Below, piece by piece: positions 32,810 to 44,038 of a DNA stretch of 64,000 nucleotides (positions are counted from its first letter, which is position 1; each line of letters opens with the position of its first letter). The translations under genes were made by a program, and so were the position numbers. The notes beneath the pieces are model-generated. The model saw nothing but the letters and a program-made list of their open reading frames with translations. It was not told where the DNA came from and ran no database searches. This DNA is from Malacoraja senta (Eukaryota). The DNA lies in NCBI GenBank assembly GCA_038087875.1, contig CM075988.1, forward strand, positions 62,001 through 126,000. Reading direction: 5' to 3'.

Positions 32810-33405
32810 GCAGCATCATCAAGGACCAGTCACACCCCGGCCACTCCCTCTTCTCACCTCTCCCTTCAGGCAAGAGGTACAGAAGTGTGAAAACGCACAC
32901 CTCCAGATTCAGTGTTTGAGAAAGAACTGCAGATGCTGGAAAAATCGAAGGTAGACAAAAATGCTGGAGGAACTCAGCGGGTGGGGCAGCATCTATGGAG
33001 AGAAGGAATATCCTTTATTTTTTCTGCAACCCCCCCCCCCCTCCGACATCAGTCTGAAGAAGTGTCTCGACCCGAAACGGCGCCTATTCCATCTCTCTAT
33101 AGATGCTGCCTGTCCCGCTGAGTTTCTCCAGCATTTTTGTCTACCTCCAGATTCAGGGACTGTTTCTTCCCCAGCTGTTATCAGGCAACTGAACCATCCT
33201 ACCACAACCAGAGAGCGGTCCTGAACTACTATCTACCTCATTGGAGACCTTCGGACGACCTTAAATTGGACTTTACCTTGCACTAAACATAATTCCCTTT
33301 ATCCTGTATCTGTACACTGTGGACGGCTCGATTGTAATCATGTATTGTCTTCCCGCTGACTGGATAGCACGCAACAAAAGCTTTTCACTGTACCTCGGTA
33401 CACGT
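32810..33405 (+). mobile_element. Rex1/Babar family B fragment, interrupted by a Penelope mini-insertion
   Basis: The Rex sequence resumes exactly after a duplicated acctccagattcag. Confidence 0.88.
32913..33142. mobile_element. Penelope mini-insertion: two inverted tails with a 14-bp TSD
   Basis: ACCTCCAGATTCAG at 32899-32912 and 33143-33156. A minus-strand tail is followed by a plus-strand tail. Confidence 0.85.
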
Positions 33406-33409
33406 GACT

Positions 33410-33790
33410 ATCAACTCAACTAAACTATCTGTGGAGTCAGTATGGATAGAGCTGAGGAATTGTAAGGGTAAAAACACCCTAATGGGAGTTATCTACAGGC
33501 CCCCAAACAGTAGCCTGGATATAGGGTGCAAGTTGAATCAAGAGTTAAAATTGGCATGTCGTAAAAGTTATGCTACGGTTGTTATGGGAGATTTCAACAT
33601 GCAGGTAGACTGGGAAAATCAGGTTGGTACTGGACCCCAAGGAAGGGAGTTTGTGGAGTGCCTCCGAGATGGATTCTTAGAGCAGCTTGTATTGGAGCAT
33701 ACCAGGGAGAAGGCAATTCTGGATTTAGTGTTGTGTAATGAACCGGATTTGATCAGGGAACGAGGTTGAGGAGCCATGAGGAGGTAGTGA
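33410..33790 (+). mobile_element. CR1 ORF2 APE endonuclease fragment
   Basis: VESVWIELRN...MGVIYRPPNS...VVMGDFN...ILDLVLCN. Confidence 0.9.
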
Positions 33791-33796
33791 ACATAA

Positions 33797-33996
33797 TATG
33801 AAGGCTGCAGCAGAAAAGGGTCTGGTCGTCTTGGACTCCATGCCACTGGATCCTGACCCAGATCTGTCAAGGACTGTGGGGTGGCTGTCTGTGCACCAGT
33901 CTCCCCACGTTAAACAAAGTCACGCACAGGCGTCCTCCATATAGGGAATAGCACCCTGGAGACACCCATGGTCAGCCACGACCAAAGGGGGCCTAA
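33797..33996 (+). mobile_element. RTE-derived short element, 3' part
   Basis: Nearly identical to 49908-50109. Confidence 0.85.
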
Positions 33997-33999
33997 GTG

Positions 34000-34340
34000 G
34001 ACGTGGAGAGGATGTTTCCACTAGTGGGAGAGTCTAGGATCAGAGGCCACAGCCGCTGAAATAAAGCACATTCTTTTAGGAAGGAGATGAGGAGGAATTT
34101 CTTTAGTCAGAGGGTGGTGAATCTGTGGAATTCATTGCCACAGACGGCTGTGGAGGCCAAGTGTTTGGGTATATTTAAAGCACAGATTGACAGACTTTTG
34201 ATTAGTGCGGGTGTCAGGGGTTATGGGGAGAAGGCAGGAGAATGGGGTTGGGAGGGAGAGATAGATAGATCAGCCACGATTGAATGGCGGTGGAGGCGAT
34301 GGGCCGAATGGCCTAATTCTGCTCCTATCACTTATGAACA
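34000..34340 (+). mobile_element. CR1 LINE 3' fragment (subfamily C)
   Basis: ORF 34087..34437. Confidence 0.88.
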
Positions 34341-34669
34341 TGTGGCCAAACCAAGGTGCTGGAGGAACTCAGTGGGACATCAGATCATAGGTGATAGGAG
34401 CAGAGTTGGGCCGAATGGCCTAATTCTGCTCTTATGACGAATTTATGAACATGAATATATCTATGCGGTGTGGAAGGTTTGATTGTGTTTTCTTTTCTTT
34501 GCTTACATAGTCTTTTCTTTGATAGTGTGCAAAGTAAAGGTTTACACTGTACCACAGTACACATTACTGTAATAAACTAGACTAAACTAAGCAAGAGTCA
34601 TCAAGTTTTAAAGCACGGGAACAGGCCATTCGGCCCAAATCGTCCATGCCGGCCAAGATGCCTACTCTA

Positions 34670-35290
34670 AGCTTGGCGTGCAGGTACAGCAGGCAGTTAA
34701 AAAAGCTAATGGAATGTTGGCCTTCATAACAAGAGGATTTCAGTATAGGAGTAAAGAGGTTCTTCTGCAGTTGTATGGGGCTCTGGTGAGACCACATCTG
34801 GAGTATTGTGTACAGTTTTGGTCTCCTAATTTGAGGAAGGACATCCTTGTGATTGAGGCAGTGCAGCGTAGGTTCACGAGATTGATCCCTGGGATGGCGG
34901 GACTGTCATATGAGGAAAGACTAGGTTTGTATTCACTGGAGTTTAGAAGGATGAGGGGATATCTTACAGAAAATTATAAAATTATAAAAGGACTGGACAA
35001 GCTAGATGCAGGAAAAATGTTCCCAATGTTGGGCGAGTCCAGAACCAGGGGCCACAGTCTTAGAATAAAGGGGAGGCCATTTAAAACTGAGGTGAGAAAA
35101 AACTTTTTCACCCAGAGAATTGTGAATATGTGGAATTCCCTGCCACAGAGGGCAGTGGAGACCAAATCACTGGATGGATTTAAGAGAGAGTTAGATAGAG
35201 CTCTAGGGGCTAGTGGAGTCAGGGGATATGGGGTGAAGGCAGGCACGGGTTATTGATTGGGGACGATCAGCCATGCACCTATTTTCTGTG
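34670..35290 (+). mobile_element. CR1 LINE 3' fragment
   Basis: ORF 34678..35256. Confidence 0.94.
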
Positions 35291-35354
35291 TTTCTAAGCT
35301 GGTTCCATTTGCACACATTTGGTCCATACCCCTCTAAACCTTTCCCATCCCTGT

Positions 35355-36400
35355 CTGGGAAGGTGCAAGTGAACCTCTGCCTCACCCGTAAGGATTGTTG
35401 GGGTCCCTGACAGAGTCGAGGGGGGGGGGGGGGTATTGGGACAGGTGTTGCTGGGGAGGGGGGTGGTTTGGGTGGGAAGGGACGATTTAACCAGGGAGCT
35501 GCGGAGGGAACGGTCCCTGCGGAAGGCGGAAAGGTGTGGAGACGGGAAGATGTGGGTGGTGGTGGGATCCCGTTGGAGTGGCGAAAATATCAGAGGATTA
35601 TGTGTTGTATGCGACGGCTGACGGGGTGGAAGGTGAGGACAAGGGGGACTCTGTTCCTGTCGCGACTAGGGGGAGGGGGAGCAAGGGCGGAGCTGCGGGG
35701 TACCGAGGAGACACCGAGGAGGGCCCTCATCACACCTTGCACCTCCTCCAACCTCATCTACTGTATTTGTTGTTCAAGATGTGGACTCTTATACATCGGC
35801 GAGACCAAAGGTAGACTGGGCAATCGTTTCGCTGGACACCTTCGCTCAGTCCGCCTGGACCTACCTGATCTCCTGGTTGCTAAACACCTAAATTCCCGCT
35901 CCCATTCCCACACTGACCTTTCTGTCCTGGGCCTCCTCCATTGTCAAAGTGCGGCTAAACGCAAAACGCAGCATTTAAACGCAAGCAGCATTTCATATCT
36001 CGTTTGAGCAGCTTACAACCCAATGGGGAAAATTGATTTCTCAAACTTCAAGTAACCCTTGGATTCCCCCTCTCTCTCTCTATCCCTCCTCCACCCAAGT
36101 TGTACCAGCTTCTCGTTCTCACCTAGCCCACAGCTAACAATGGCCTGTTTCCTTTCTCATCGATACTTTTTTGCACATCTTTAATTCGATACTTTTTGCA
36201 CATCGATACTTTTTTGCACATCTCTCTACATCACCGTCTATATCTCTCATTTCCCTCTCCACTGACTCTCGGTCTGAAGATGGGTCTCAACCCAGAAACG
36301 TCACCCATTCCTTCTCTCCAGAGATGCTGCCTGTCCCGCTGAGTTACGCCAGCATTTTGTCTATCTTCCGTTTAAACCAGCATCTGCAATCCTTCCTGCA
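35355..36400. mobile_element. Penelope-like element: minus segment (35355-35730) joined to a plus-strand GIY-YIG and tail (35735-36400)
   Basis: CTSSNLIYCICCSRCGLLYIGETKGRLGNRFAGHLRSV. The minus segment ends ...RQRFTCT, immediately upstream of that motif, which suggests an internal inversion. Confidence 0.82.
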
Positions 36401-36599
36401 CTTTAATATATGATTTCTCTAAATTCAAGTAACCTTTGCATCCCTCTCTCTCCGTTTCTCCGCCACCCAAGTTGTTGGACTCATTTCTATGTCGTCTTGT
36501 TGAGTCTCATTGTCTGTAACCCGTTTTCACCTAGCCCACAGCTAACAATGGCCTGTTTCCTTCATCATCATTACTTTTTTGCAGATCTTTCATTCATTT

Positions 36600-37090
36600 C
36601 AATTCACAAGGTTAATTCCCGGGATGGCAGGACTGTCATCTGCTGAGAGAATGGAGCGGTTGGGCTTGTACACTCTGGAGCTTAGAAGGAGAAGGATGAG
36701 AGGATATCTTATTGAAACATATAAGATTATTAAAGGTTTGGACACGCTAGAGGCAGGAAACATGTTCCCGATGTTGGGGGAATCCAGAACCAGGGGAAAT
36801 AGTTTAAGAATAAGGGTTGAGCCATTTAGAACGGAGCTAAGGAAACACTTTTTCACACGTAAGTCTGTGGATTCTCTGCCTCAGAGGGTGGTGGAGGCCG
36901 GATCTCTGGATACTTTCAAGAGAGAGATAGATAGGGCTCTTAAAGATAGCGGAGTCAGGGGATATGGGGAGAAGGCAGGAACGGGGTACTGATTGGGGAT
37001 GATCAGCCATGATCACATAGAATGGCGGTGCTGGCTCGAAGGGCCGAATGTCCTACTCCTGCACCTATTGTCTATTATCTATTGTCTATT
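36600..37090 (+). mobile_element. CR1 3' fragment inserted in a Penelope tail (36420-36600 / 37090-37290)
   Basis: ORF 36579..36992. Penelope tail sequence lies on both sides. Confidence 0.9.
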
Positions 37091-38154
37091 GTCATTTGTT
37101 CTACATCTCTCTACATCACCGTCCATATCTCTTGTTCTCTCTCCCCTGACTCTCAGTCTGAAGAAGGGTCCACAACCCGAAACGTCACCCATTCCTTCTC
37201 TCCAGAGACGCTGCTTGACCCGCTGAGTTACTCCAGCATTTTGTGTCTATCTTCGGTGCGAACCAGCATCTGCGGTTCCTTCCTACACATTAGGCCGCCT
37301 GTTCCCTCTCTCTCTGACAGCTGGGTGTAAGTGTAGCCGTCTGCCCTCCGGGCTACGCTGTAACACTACGCTCCGTGACAAAGAGCGATCTCGCTCTTCC
37401 CTGGATTTGTTTTCACCAAACCTGGTCGATGCTCGTGTTGAGCAATTAAAGGTGGCTAAACAGACAGCGCGGCTGAAACCCGGTCCGCTCTGCTTCTTTC
37501 AACAGATGAATAGGCACTTGGCCTGGTGCCTGCACCTGTCAGCCTCCCATTGCTCACCTCCCACTGCTTCACCTCCAGGCACCAAAAACCTACCCATCCA
37601 CTCTCCTCTTCCGCAGCCACCCGCCTCTTCCCAGCAGACGCTCAGCATGTCCCGAACGGCTCACACCGCGAGACGCAGCCCAAACTATACTAGTCCCACC
37701 TAGAGTCACAGAGTGATACAGAGTGGAAACAGGCCCTTCAGCCTAACTTGCCCACACCGACCAACATGTCTCAGCTACACTAGCCAATATCAATATCAAT
37801 CAATATCAGGTTTATTCGTCACAAGTTTACGAAGTGACGAATTAGATAGAGCTCTAGGGGCTAGTGGAATCAAGGGATATGGGGAGAAGGCAGGCACGGG
37901 TTATTGATTGGGGGCGATGATCACAATGAATGGCGGTGCTGGCTCAAAGGGCCGAATGGCCTCCTCCCTCCTGCACCTATTTTCTATATTTCTATGTTTC
38001 TATGAAATGAATTTGCCAGCAGCGGTACAATGAAAAAAGAACACACAATACACAATAAAAATTGAACACAAACATCCACCACAGCGTTCATCACTCTGGT
38101 GGAAGACACCAACATTTGCCTGTCCTCCTCCATTTCCCCCGTGGTGGACAATAA

Positions 38155-38836
38155 ACATCAGACAATAGGTGCAGGAGTAGGCCATTCGGCCCTTCGAGCC
38201 AGCACCACCATTCAATGTGATCATGGCTGATCATCCCCAATCAGTACCCCGTTCCTGCCTTCTCCCCATATCCCCTGACTCCGCTATCTTTAAGAGCCCT
38301 ATCTTGCTCTTTCTTGAAAGTATCCAGAGAACCAGCCTCCACCGCCCTCTGAGGCAGAGAATTCCACAGACTCACCACTCTCTGCGTGAAAAAGTGTTTC
38401 CTCATCTCCGTTCTAAATGGCTTACCCCTTATTCTTAAACTGTGGCCCCTGGTTCTGGACTCCCCCAACATCGGGAACATGTTGCCTGCCTCTAGCGTGT
38501 CCAAACCCTTAATAATCTTATATGTTTCAATAAGATGCCCTCTCATCCTTCTAAACTCCAGAGTGTACAAGCCCAGCTGCTCCATTCTCTCAGCATATGA
38601 CAGTCCCGCCATCCCGGGAATTAACCTTGTAAACCTACGCTGCACTCCCTCAATAGCAAGAATGTCCGTCCTCAAATTAGGAGACCAAAACTGCACACAA
38701 TACTCCAGGTGTGGTCTCACTAGGGCTCTGTACAACTGCAGAAGGACCTCTTTGCTCCTATATTCGATTCCTCTTGTTATAAAGGCCAACATGCCATTTG
38801 CTTTCTTCACTGCCTGCTGTACCTGCATGCTTACTT
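38155..38836 (-). mobile_element. CR1 LINE 3' fragment
   Basis: ORF 38241..38828(-). Confidence 0.94.
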
Positions 38837-39444
38837 TGCCACTTTCAAAGAGCTATGGACCTGTACCCTAATATTCCTCTGTATATCACGGTGGCGCAGC
38901 AGTAGAGCTACTGCCTTTTACAGCGCCAGAGACCCCGGTTTGATCCTGACTTATGGGGGATTCTGCACCGACCAGCGTTCCGGTTCCACGCCGACCAGCG
39001 TCCCCCCGTACACTAGCACTACCTTACACAAGCTAGGGACAATTTACAATTATACCATTATATAATGATACCAGGCCAATTAGCCTACAAATCTGTGCGT
39101 CTTTGGAGTGTGGGAGGAAGCCGGAGATCCCGGAGAAACCCCACGCAGGTCACGGGGAGAACGTGGAAACTCCAACTGTTCTAGCATGCTCTATGGTTTT
39201 TATTTTAGATGAACTCAGTGACTAAGCCTCCACAGAATTCTTCACCCTGGAGATTCACCGGCCTGAGGCTGTGAGTGCGGGTGGCATGAACAGTGAGTTT
39301 GCAGATGAAGGAAACATTTGTAAAATTTATAATGCTGCCGCCATGACTCAAAGGTCTGAGCTACAGGGAGAGGTTGGGCAGACCAGAACTTTATTCCCTG
39401 GAGCACAGGACACTGAGGGGTGATCATTAGTTCATCAGTGCATT

Positions 39445-40088
39445 GTCAAGTCAAGTCAAGTCACTTTTATTTCTATAGCACATTTAAACAACAACACTCG
39501 GTGACCAAAGTGCTTTACATTTGGTGGAGGTACTAACGTTATACAACAGTGGTTCATAGATTAAGTACATACATAAATACATACATATAGCCCTCCCTCA
39601 GAGGACGTCAAGAAAGGCTTGAGAGTAGAGATGAGTTTTAAGTCTTGACTTAAAAGAGTCGATGGAGGGGGCAGTTCTGATGGGAAGAGGGATGCTGTTC
39701 CACAGTCTAGGAGCTGCAACCGCAAAGGCCCGGTCGCCCCTGAGCTTATGCCTGGACCGCAGGATGTTCAGTAACCCCAAGTCGGCCGATCTGAGGGACC
39801 TGGAGGTGGTGTGGTGGGTAAGCAGACTTTTGGTGTAGGTGGGGGCAAGCCCATTGAGGGCTTTGTGGACGTAAAGGAGGATCTTGAAATTTATTCAGAA
39901 CCGCACAGGGAGCCAGTGTAGAGAGGCCAGGATCGGGGTGATGTGGTCCCTTTTTCGGGTGCCCGTCAGGAGTCTCGCTGCGGCGTTTTGGACCAGTTGC
40001 AGGCGGGACAGGGAAGATTAGCTGATGCCAGTGTAAAGGGAGTTGCAGTAATCGAGGCGGGAGGAGATAAATGTGTGGATGATCTTTT
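39445..40088 (-). mobile_element. L2 LINE 3' fragment
   Basis: RGDRAFAVAAPRLWNSIP...FKSRLKTHLYSQAF, upstream IIHTFISSRLDYCNS, tail aaatgtgctatagaaataaaagtgacttgacttg. Confidence 0.92.
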
Positions 40089-40183
40089 ATAACTTATAGG
40101 AGTGGAATTAGGCCATTCGGCCCATCAAGTCTACTCTGCCAATATTATGAATGTTTATTATTTTATGTGTCATTCCTAACTGT

Positions 40184-40615
40184 TCCGGGCAGTGGGCAGG
40201 TGCTATAGACCTGCAGGGGAAGGTAGACGCTCCCGCCCCCACGAGTCTCGGGCAGATGGGGCTCGTCAGCCTGGGAAGGCAGTCCATCTAGGAGAGGGGA
40301 AAACTCTGATTTAAAACCTCCACTGCCTTTGTGGCCGTATCCAGTCATGGAAAAGGCTCCTGGAGTAAACCTCAAGACAATCCGGAGTCGGAGCCCCTAA
40401 GGCAGTTCGTCGTTGTCTACAACCTCTCTCTGGCAGCTCCTGCGACGGCGCTGGTGCCAAACTGTAACGGCCCTGCTGTTCCTTTGGATCGATCAGCGAC
40501 GTGGAGAGGGGGGACGTGCTGCATGGGCAACAGCCTGTCCTCCATATGACATCACCCAGGCTTGCATCCGACCAGGATGCATGACCCATGGTCAGTCATG
40601 ACCGAGGGGGGCCTA
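40184..40615 (+). mobile_element. RTE-derived bipartite short element with a 9-bp TSD
   Basis: TSD CCTAACTGT (40175-40183 / 40616-40624), RTE-type 5' UTR motif tcgtcagcctgggaaggcagtccatctaggagagggaaaactctg, 3' end cccatggtcagtcatgaccgaggggggccta. Confidence 0.78.
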
Positions 40616-40894
40616 CCTAACTGTCACTGTATGTCATGTTGTCACTTGCGGGTGGAGCACCAAGGCAAATTCCTTGTATGTGTATACTTGGCCAATAAAC
40701 TTATTCATTCATTCTATCATGGCTGATCTATCTTCCCTTCTCAACCCCATTCCAGGAACGGGGTATGGATTATTAGAGGTATAATTGTGATTAGATCGTT
40801 CGTTCTTTGCTCGATGTTCTAAGTCTCTGATCAAGATCTCAGCTAGTGGAATATAGAGCAAGATATGGATTCATGAGTTCATCAATGACAGGAG

Positions 40895-41230
40895 CAGCCC
40901 GGAAGTTGGAGGAACAGCACCTCATATTCCGCTTGGGCAGTCTGCACCCTAGCGGCATAAACATTGAATTCTCCAATTTCCGGTAGCCCTCGCTCTCTCC
41001 TCTCCTTCTCAGCTCTCCCTTAGCCCTCAAGCTCCTCCTCTTCCTTTATCCTTTTTCCTTTCTTCTCCCCATCTCTCCCCCCCCCCCCACCCTACATCAG
41101 TCTGAAGAAGGGTTTCGGCCCGAAACGTTGCCTATTTCCTTCGCTCCATAGATGCTGCCGCACCCGCTGAGTGCCTCCAGCACTTTTATCTACCTTCGAT
41201 TTTCCAGCATTTGCAGTTCCTTCTTAAACA
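40895..41230 (+). mobile_element. Penelope-like 3' fragment
   Basis: RKLEEQHLIFRLGSLHPSG, plus a hammerhead-like core at 41102-41129. Confidence 0.88.
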
Positions 41231-41414
41231 CAGGAGCAGAATTAGTCCCATTAATTCGGCCCATTAAGTCTACTCCACCATTCAATCATGGCTGATCTAT
41301 CTCTCGCTCCTAACCCCATTCTCCTGCCTTCTTCCCAAAACACCTGACACCCGTACTAATCAAGAATCTATCTTTCTCTGCCTTAAAAATATACATTGAC
41401 TTGGCCTCTGGAAT

Positions 41415-42160
41415 TTACTCTGGAATTTAGAAGGATGAGAGGGTATCTTATTGAAACATATAAGATTATCAAGGGTTTGGACACGCTAGAGGCAGGAAAC
41501 ATGTTCCCGATGTTGGGGGAGTCCAGAACCAGGGGCCACAGTTTAAGAATAAGGGGTAAGCAATTTAGAACGGAGACGAGGAAACGCTTTTTCACTCAGA
41601 GAGTTGTGAGTCTGTGGAATTCTCTGCCTCGGAGGCCAGTTCTCTGGATGCTTTCAAGAGAGAGCTAGATAGGGCGAGTCAGGGGATATGGGGAGAAGGC
41701 AGGAACGGGATACTGATTGTGGATGATCAGCCATGATCACATTGAATGGCGGTGCTGGCTTGATGGGCTGAATGGCCTACTCCTGCACCTATTGTCTATT
41801 CTATTGATAGGAGCAGAATTAGTCCATTCGGCCCATCAAGTCGACTCCGCCATTCAATCATGGCTGATCTATCAGCCATTCTCCTGCCTTCTCCTGCCTT
41901 CTCCCCATAGCCCCTGACACGCGTTCTAATCAAGTATCTATCTATCTCTGCCTTAGAAATATCCACTGACTTGGCCTCCACAGCCTTCTGTGGCAAAGAA
42001 TTCCACAGATTCACCATCCTCTGACTGAATAAATTCCTCCTCGTCTCCTTCCGAAAGGAACGTCCTTTAATTCTGAGGCTGTGCCCTCTAGTCCTAGACT
42101 CTCCCGCCAGTGGAAACAGCCTCTCCACATCCACTCTATCCAGGCCGTTCACTATTCGGT
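41415..42160. mobile_element. Tail-to-tail CR1 fragments (41415-41800 plus; 41805-42160 minus, subfamily C)
   Basis: ORFs 41396..41668 and 41796..42263(-). Confidence 0.9.
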
Positions 42161-42819
42161 CCGTTTCAAGATTGCAATAAGGGTGCGGGAAGTGTAACTG
42201 GAATAAAATACCATTCCTTGTCTCATGTCGCAAATCAAATGAAGAAAATCCCATGCCAAACATTTCAGAAATACCAAAACGTCACACCATTGATATCAAA
42301 TTTGTCTGTTGATAAAGGGCTCAGTATTTTTCCCAGCGTTTAAAGTTTTAATGAATTTCATTCTTCCATCTCCCATTATAATCTGGACCTGTGTTGTCTT
42401 GCAATGAATCTGGGCTCAGTGCGGGTGAGGCAGGGTTCAGCCAAGAGTGGAGCGGTGGAGGTGAGGATATCGGAGCGCTCTGCTCCCATCCCAGCGGACA
42501 GCCGGCGGAGAAAGAGGAGGAATGCGTCTCAGTGCCGCGGGGACGGAAGCTGATCTCGTCGGCTATTCAGGGATTAAACCCTGTGAAAGAGAATCGGGCT
42601 GCCTCGGGTTACACACCCTGCCGACACTCCAGCATCTCCACGTCGCAGTTAAAGAGCAGGGGGCCGGGGGGGAATAAATGGGCTAATTGGCAACTCGGAC
42701 CGTCCAACAGTACAGCCAAGGGACAGGCCCTTCGGCCCACAGTACCCCTGCTGTACGTCACGCCAAGACTAGACTTCAGCGACAAAGCCTTCTCATGTAT
42801 CTGTACACTGTATGCGTAA

Positions 42820-44010
42820 GAACGAACAGCAGATGCTGGTCTAAATCGAAGGGAGACACAAAATGCTGGAGTAACTCAGCGGGACAGGCAGCGTCTCTGG
42901 AGAGAAGGAATGGGCGACGTTTCGGGTCGAGACCCTACTTCAGACTGATGTCGGGAAGAGGGTGGGACAAAGATGGAATGTAGTCGGAGACAATAAGACT
43001 AGTGGGAGAACTGGGAATGGGAAACATAGAAAATAGGTGCAGGAGGAGGCCATTCACCCCTTCGAGCCAGCACCGCCATTCAATGTGATCATGGCTGATC
43101 ATCCCCAATCAGTACCCCGTTCCTGCCTTCTCCCCATATCCCCTGACTCCGCTATCTTTAAGAGCCCTATCTAGCTCTCTCTTGAAAGTATCCAGAGAAC
43201 CTGCCTCCACCGCCCTCTGAGGCAGAGAATTCCACACACTCACCGGTCTCTGTGAGAAAAAGTGTTTCCTCATCTCCGTTCTAAATGGCTTACTCCTTAT
43301 TCTTAATCTGTGGCCCCTGGTTCTGGACTCCCCCAACATCGGGAACATGTTTCCTGCCTCTAGCGTATCCAAACCCTTAATAATCTTATATGTTTCAATA
43401 AGATTCCCTCTCATCCTTCTAAACTCCATAGTGTACAAGCCCAGCCGCACCACATATAACAGTCCCGACATCCCTGGAATTAACCTTGTAAACCTACGTT
43501 GCACTCCCTCAATAGCAAGAATGTCCTTCCTGGAGTAACTGGAGTAACTCAGCGGGACAGGCAGCATCTCTGGAGAGAAGGAACGGGCGACGTTTCGGGT
43601 AGAGACCCTTCTTCAGACTAATGTCAGGGGAGTGGACGGAACAAAGGTAGAATGTAGTCGGAGACAGTAATACTAGTGGGAGAATTGGGAAGGGGAGGGG
43701 ATGGAGAGAGAGGGAAAGCAAGGGTTACTTGAAGTTAGAGAAGTCAATGTTCATACCGCTGGGGTGTAAACTACCCAAGCGTAACATGAGGTGCTGTTCC
43801 TCCAATTTGCGCTGGGCCTCACTCTGGCAATGGAGGAGGCCCAGGACAGAAAGGTCAGATTGGGAATGGGAGGGGGAGTTGAAGTGCTGAGCCACCGGGA
43901 GGCCAGGTAGGTTAAGGCAGACTGAGCGGAGGTGTTCAGCGAAACGATCGCCGAGCCTGCGCTTGGTCTCGTCGATGTAGAGAAGTTGACACCTGGAACA
44001 GCGGATACAG
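42820..44010 (-). mobile_element. Penelope-like element with two tail copies (42820-43021 and 43535-44010) separated by a CR1
   Basis: GIY-YIG coding on the minus strand at 43730-44010. About 150 bp of tail is repeated at 42867 and 43539. Confidence 0.85.
43022..43530 (-). mobile_element. CR1 LINE 3' fragment
   Basis: ORF 43109..43567(-). Confidence 0.92.
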
Positions 44011-44038
44011 TCGTACTGTAAATGGCTCGATTGTAATC

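Noticed and set aside
40184..40330. HDV-like ribozyme in the RTE-derived heads or in the GC-rich family
   Set aside because: I could not build the nested double pseudoknot by eye; it is left only as a suggested test.
42391..42819. 142-aa ORF as a host exon
   Set aside because: Non-ATG start, no recognisable domain and no clear splice boundaries.
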